64,000 nt of DNA from Thermoplasmatota archaeon (GTDB lineage Archaea > Thermoplasmatota > Penumbrarchaeia > Penumbrarchaeales > Penumbrarchaeaceae). Each line of letters begins with the position of its first letter. Within the stretch, counting starts at the first letter, position 1. A program made the translations under genes and the position numbers. The DNA lies in contig CBDDUX010000027.1 of assembly GCA_965234725.1 (NCBI GenBank), positions 9,772 to 73,771 of the forward strand, in the 5' to 3' direction. Positions 59,363-64,000 of the stretch are shown in pieces. A model generated the notes under the pieces. That model was not told the origin of the DNA, ran no database searches, and saw nothing but the letters and a program-made list of their open reading frames with translations.

Positions 59363-61450
59363 TTACAAGGTATCGAACATTGATAGACCGGAAGCGTCTT
59401 CTTTCTCCATATCTGAATGGTAGGTCGACCTTTCTGACAATTCCTCACATGTTGGAGATTCTTCATCCCTTTTCACATGGTAAAGAGGACTGAGGATCTC
59501 CAATCCCTCCTCATGGAAGATAATTAGCATGGATTCCATTATCGATGACCTAATGAAGAGCATGTTCTGGGCGTCGTTAACATAAGACCTCATTCGGTAT
59601 TCCACAGCATGATTGTGAAAAGCTTTTACCAGGACCTTTGGAATGGGATCCTTGAGGACCCCCGGAGATGTCAGGGCTGCTCTCTTCATCAAGGACCTCA
59701 CGGTTTTGGGATGGATATCGTAACCCAATGTCACATCGACCACAACCGCATACCCATCCTTTGCGGATTTTGTGAAATTGGTTATCTGGGTGGATAGAAT
59801 GTTGTTATTTGGGATCTCCAGGATCCTACCTTCAAGGTCCTTGATCCTTGTGAACATTATACCAAGGTTCTCCACATATCCGATGGTGCCTCCTGTTACC
59901 TCCACCCTGTCACCGACAGTGAATGGCCTTATGGAAACCAGGACAAGCCCTGAAAGCATATTCCCTATGGATCCGGTAGCAGCAAAGGAAACAACAAGAC
60001 CCACGATCATTGAAATGACTAGGATAAACGTCTGCCCGATGTCACCCAATCCACCAATGGACAGGATGGTGAACATGAAGATCAATCCGATGATGAAATA
60101 GACCAACCCCATGGTTCCTTTCCGTGACATCTCCATTACCTGTGGGCCCAACTTGGTCGATCTGTTGGAGAACTCGTTGAAGAAAATATCAATGAACTTC
60201 TTCGAAAGGATCCCCACAACGACAAGTGCCAGAAGGAAGAAGATCTTCCCAGCATTATCAGACAGGAAGTCAGCCACTCTTTCGAATATCGATTGGCTGA
60301 GTCCGAATGCGGAAAGGATAAGCAGGACCACCATTGTAACTGCTATCAAGATGATCAGGTACCTTGAGATTATCTCCAGCATGGAGATAAGCTGGTGAGG
60401 GATGATGGTCCCCCCCTTCTCACTTTTCCTTTTCTTTATATATTCCCATAATGTCTGATCAGCATTCAGCAGGACCCTTAGTATGAAAAGGACGAAGAGA
60501 ACCCCAGCGATGGAAGCGCCTAACTTTGGCATCCAGGACCAGATATGGTCATTCACTTGAGATGAGAACATGGCAACCTGTCTTCCTATTACCAGGACGG
60601 CCCCCAGTATGGATATCCTTCCGATGAATTTGCGAAGGGACAGGAACCATTGACTTTCAAGCCATTTGTATTCCTTTCTTTTCAGGAAATTTAAACTCCA
60701 GATGAATATGGAATAAGCAAGCAGTATCAGTATCAGGACCCCTAACAGGATCAATATGTTCTGCCAATTTTCAAGGAAGAATTCAGTGATATCCTCCTGG
60801 GTGATAAGAGGCCTCTCACTGGAAAGGTCGACTTGCATTTCCCTTTCGACCTGTTCGGCCCATCCAAGGGTGATACTATTGTTGATCCTTTCTTTCCCAT
60901 CGTAGGTCACCACCAACCTGTATTTCCCTGAAGGGACGGAAAGGTAGAAGTCACCATTCCTATCAGTTCTTGTGGTGTTGGTCCAGTAGGGATATGTTTG
61001 GGTCAGGCAAACCTTTGCCTTTTCAAGGCCATCTCCCACGTCATCCACAACTTTCCCTTTAAGTACGGATTTTTGCGGTTCCTTGGGATCGATCTCGAAA
61101 TCATATTGATTTGCTCTCTCCTCTGATACGAAAATATCGAGCTGTCCGACCAGGATCCCTTGCGGAGTGTGCACATGGATCGTGAAATTCCCGGGTGGGA
61201 GGATGAATCTGTAGCTCCCGTTCTTATCGGTCCTTTGTTCCTTGGCGATGAAGAATTCCCTGTCAACCATTACTGAGTAGTTCATCAATCCCTCAAGTGT
61301 CCTGTTGTTCCTGATGGTTCCCTTGACAACGAAGGTGATCTCGATCGGTTCCGAACCTGAAACGTCATGGACAAAGGGTGAAATTGAGGTGAAAACCAGA
61401 AGAAAAAGAGTTGCTATTATGTAACAAGATCTTTGCCAGCTTCCTTTCAA
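59363..61450 (-). CDS. MscS-family mechanosensitive channel with large N-terminal extracellular carboxypeptidase-regulatory-like region
   Basis: MscS TM3/beta-domain signature (IGNMLSGLVLVSIRPFTVGDRVEVTGGTIGYVENLGIMFTRIKDLEGRILEIPNNNI); signal peptide plus bacterial-Ig/CarbReg-like N-terminus; multiple TM helices. Confidence 0.75.
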   Translation of the reverse strand: MKGSWQRSCYIIATLFLLVFTSISPFVHDVSGSEPIEITFVVKGTIRNNRTLEGLMNYSVMVDREFFIAKEQRTDKNGSYRFILPPGNFTIHVHTPQGILVGQLDIFVSEERANQYDFEIDPKEPQKSVLKGKVVDDVGDGLEKAKVCLTQTYPYWTNTTRTDRNGDFYLSVPSGKYRLVVTYDGKERINNSITLGWAEQVEREMQVDLSSERPLITQEDITEFFLENWQNILILLGVLILILLAYSIFIWSLNFLKRKEYKWLESQWFLSLRKFIGRISILGAVLVIGRQVAMFSSQVNDHIWSWMPKLGASIAGVLFVLFILRVLLNADQTLWEYIKKRKSEKGGTIIPHQLISMLEIISRYLIILIAVTMVVLLILSAFGLSQSIFERVADFLSDNAGKIFFLLALVVVGILSKKFIDIFFNEFSNRSTKLGPQVMEMSRKGTMGLVYFIIGLIFMFTILSIGGLGDIGQTFILVISMIVGLVVSFAATGSIGNMLSGLVLVSIRPFTVGDRVEVTGGTIGYVENLGIMFTRIKDLEGRILEIPNNNILSTQITNFTKSAKDGYAVVVDVTLGYDIHPKTVRSLMKRAALTSPGVLKDPIPKVLVKAFHNHAVEYRMRSYVNDAQNMLFIRSSIMESMLIIFHEEGLEILSPLYHVKRDEESPTCEELSERSTYHSDMEKEDASGLSMFDTL

Positions 61451-61510
61451 GTCTGTCCCCCATTACCTGATTTGGAAGGCAACTATATAATAAAACCCTT
61501 GGGGAATGGT

Positions 61511-62392
61511 TCATTCTTCCCTTTTAATGGTGAATATGAAAACCGAAAGGACAATGATCCCGATGAAAAGAAGGATGGAGATACCAAGCATGATGTAAAG
61601 GACCGTATCGTCTCCGTTATCCGATCCCTCTCCATTTTTCGGTGTATCATCCGTATCATCTGGAAGGTCCGTGCCATCATCGATTATCCCTTCGGATTCA
61701 AGGAACTCGAATATGGCCCCTATCAATTCGAACTTGATATCCTTCTCATCTTCTGTGAATATACCTTCCCTATCTACTCCTCTTGCAATTACGAGGACCT
61801 TTGTGTCAGCTAGAAGCTTGAACAATTCCACTGGATCCATTAGATCAGAGATATTTGTCAGACCTGTCAGGTTAAGAATATCATCCACACCCTCAAGTTT
61901 CTCAAGGTCCTCCAAACTGCTAATATTCTGAAGTCCATCCAATGGGGTGGATCCTGACAGGTTCAAACCGAACAGACCAGCAAAGAGAGCTAGGACCGAG
62001 CCGGGGTTCTCATTCATTGGGATATTCAATCCGACCTTCATTTTCCAGGATGTCCATTTATCCTTTCCTTCCCCAGTTGGGACCAGAGAGATCCCATTTC
62101 CGAATAGCATCATGTCAACTGGTTCGATCCAAAATCCAAGGAACTCTCTTGCCGTGGAGTTGGAATATCCGAGCGTTACGTTGACATGGTCCGTCCATAA
62201 AGGAGCGGTTCCTTCCACCTGGAACAGGAAGAAGAACATACCTGTCCTGTTCTCGATCTTCACTTCCACATCTTCTATACGGACCCCCTCGTATCCCTGC
62301 CCTTTCACTGGAGGAGTCACTGAGAGGAAATTGAGGGCCAGGACCAGCGATACAAAAACCACAAACACTCTCATCGGATTATTGAATTTCAT
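61511..62392 (-). CDS. Secreted, C-terminally membrane-anchored hypothetical protein
   Basis: Signal peptide (VFVVFVSLVLALNFLSV), C-terminal TM (ILLFIGIIVLSVFIFTI). Confidence 0.5.
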   Translation of the reverse strand: MKFNNPMRVFVVFVSLVLALNFLSVTPPVKGQGYEGVRIEDVEVKIENRTGMFFFLFQVEGTAPLWTDHVNVTLGYSNSTAREFLGFWIEPVDMMLFGNGISLVPTGEGKDKWTSWKMKVGLNIPMNENPGSVLALFAGLFGLNLSGSTPLDGLQNISSLEDLEKLEGVDDILNLTGLTNISDLMDPVELFKLLADTKVLVIARGVDREGIFTEDEKDIKFELIGAIFEFLESEGIIDDGTDLPDDTDDTPKNGEGSDNGDDTVLYIMLGISILLFIGIIVLSVFIFTIKREE

Positions 62393-63161
62393 CGAACTCC
62401 CTCTTTCTGATCTCCTGTACCAGGACCTCGGACATGGGTTCCAGATTCACGATATCTTCCATATTGTACTTCAAGAGGAGTTTAAGGGCATTCCGGTTAG
62501 AATCCCTCTCGTATGTCCTCCAGAGCCTTACCGCATCTTCTCCGGACATCCCCATAACATCATCCGGTCTTTTAATTCCCATTTGGATCTCGATATTCTT
62601 AAGTCCACCACTTAATCCACACCTTCTTGCAAGGAATCTAAGGTCCAGATGTGGTATGCTCGGAACCGAACCTGGAAACTGATGCTCTATCATGGGAATA
62701 TCAAATGATGCACCGTTGAAGGTAACTATCATTGTTGCCCCTGAAAGGATATCCTTGATCCTATCCCTTGAGAGGTCCTTTCCCCTCACAGCTGTTCTGT
62801 ATTCCTTGCCGTCATAGACCCCAACTACGGTTATCGGACAGTATCTTCTGGTTCCGGTGGTCTCTATATCAAGATAGACTGCTCCCTCCCTGAAGGTGTT
62901 CCAGAGCCTCCAGGAATCACTTCCCTGGAAGAGTTTGGAGAAATGGAATAGATCCCTTTCATTCAATCTTGAAATGGTATTCCTGATGATGTTGTCCATT
63001 TCCTTTTTTCTGTCCTCGGAAATTGGACCCGCATTCTTCACCCCCAGAAAAGTGTCCCAATCCGGAATGCCGCTTTTCCAGATCCTTCTCTCCGTTGCGG
63101 AACCCACACCTGGAAGGAAGATGAAACTTCTTTTTAGGTCCGGGACTGACCCATCATTCAC
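62379..63161 (-). CDS. RNase-H-like fold 3'-5' exonuclease (YprB/PF13482-like) with N-terminal helix-hairpin-helix
   Basis: LPGVG HhH motif; YLDIETTG exonuclease motif I; FNGASFDIPM and YNMEDIVNL motifs. Confidence 0.55.
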   Translation of the reverse strand: MNDGSVPDLKRSFIFLPGVGSATERRIWKSGIPDWDTFLGVKNAGPISEDRKKEMDNIIRNTISRLNERDLFHFSKLFQGSDSWRLWNTFREGAVYLDIETTGTRRYCPITVVGVYDGKEYRTAVRGKDLSRDRIKDILSGATMIVTFNGASFDIPMIEHQFPGSVPSIPHLDLRFLARRCGLSGGLKNIEIQMGIKRPDDVMGMSGEDAVRLWRTYERDSNRNALKLLLKYNMEDIVNLEPMSEVLVQEIRKREFDEIQ

Positions 63162-63163
63162 AA

Positions 63164-63751
63164 TTACACCTCGGGAGTGTATCTTCTGGAAAGGTCATTT
63201 TCGATCCCCATAATATCCATGACCCGACCAGCGATCGCCTTTTGCAGATCGGCACCAGTTGGGTCCTTAATACCATAGAAAGGAGGGGATGCAGGCAGGA
63301 TGACAACTCCCCAGGAGGATAATTCGTAGGCTGCTTTCAAGATGGGAGTTGACAGTGGTGTCTCCCTAAGTACAATGATGAGGTTCCTTCTTTCCTTCAA
63401 GGCTACAGAGGCACACCTTGTCGTAAGATTATCAGCTATCCCCGAATGGACCTTTGCCATTGTTGAAGAGGTGCAGGGACATATCACCATCCATTTGAAA
63501 TCATTTGATCCTGAAGCAAGTTCATGGTCAATTTGTGAGCTATGAACGGTAAGGTCAGATAGGTCATCCAGATCTTCTATGCCCAATCCTTTTTCCATAT
63601 TCAATATCCTGATGGATCCATCATTGAATATCAGATCGACTTGGAGCTGACCTGCGGATCTAAGTTTATGTAGACCTCTCAACAGTTCCAGACCGTATCC
63701 GGCGCCTGAGGCTCCAGTAAGGGCGACCACTATCCTTTCTTTCATGGACAT
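63164..63751 (-). CDS. ubiX: Flavin prenyltransferase UbiX/PAD1 family
   Basis: VALTGASGAGYGLELL FMN-binding start and ICPCTSSTMAKV motif. Confidence 0.8.
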   Translation of the reverse strand: MSMKERIVVALTGASGAGYGLELLRGLHKLRSAGQLQVDLIFNDGSIRILNMEKGLGIEDLDDLSDLTVHSSQIDHELASGSNDFKWMVICPCTSSTMAKVHSGIADNLTTRCASVALKERRNLIIVLRETPLSTPILKAAYELSSWGVVILPASPPFYGIKDPTGADLQKAIAGRVMDIMGIENDLSRRYTPEV

Positions 63752-64000
63752 GTATCAGACTGGAGGTATCTATGGTTTATTATCATGTGTAAAATTCAAA
63801 GTAACCAGCCGATCATCCCTCAACATGGTCATAGACAAAACCCTTGTAAGATCGGCTATGGATAGGGGGGGTTTGTGCGTTCGAAGTTCGATACATTTGA
63901 TCGGACTTCGATCTAAAATGAAATGAAGGACCTGTTGAATGCAGGTCCTTTTTCAACTCCATTACTCCTCATCTTTCTTTTCCCCGATCTTTGGAAGAGC

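Overview
This 64-kb window looks archaeal, at about 50% GC with several AT-rich islets. The evidence is an archaeal-type LeuS (HVGH/KISKTKG motifs), a short PurA, a KaiC-like ATPase pair, HicAB, a TBP-repeat protein, and many type-I membrane-anchored surface proteins (signal peptide plus a single C-terminal TM helix). That surface-protein pattern is suggestive of Thermoplasmatota or a related lineage. Coding density is high and the genes are tightly packed, often overlapping (ATGA) or 1-2 nt apart. Core metabolism includes purA, pcm, an MTA/5'-deoxyadenosine salvage trio (mtaD deaminase, MTA phosphorylase, PRTase), nadE, nadC, leuS, a leuCD-like operon with an extra fused aconitase-family paralog, rpe, trxB, an aminotransferase and ubiX. 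The accessory content is: (i) a divergent locus pairing a 1280-aa surface protein that carries cytoplasmic tandem winged-HTH domains with a KaiC-like ATPase pair, a secreted protein, a 3-TM peptide and a soluble tandem-wHTH paralog; (ii) an AT-rich island carrying LamG and beta-helix/PKD giant surface proteins; (iii) a 1500-aa integrin-like protein whose 7-bladed FG-GAP propeller is encoded by near-identical 201-bp tandem DNA repeats; (iv) a hicB-hicA toxin-antitoxin islet; (v) a single-repeat TBP-domain protein fused to a zinc ribbon; (vi) a roughly 0.9-kb ORF-free, purine-rich, hairpin-dense region (51.0-51.85 kb) with UUCG tetraloops and a terminator-like 3' hairpin, followed by a 51-bp perfect direct repeat, which is the best candidate here for an undescribed structured RNA or element; (vii) large C25 (gingipain-like) and M14 surface peptidases and a PUA/PP-loop/ferredoxin fusion protein. 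No rRNA, tRNA or CRISPR arrays were recognised.
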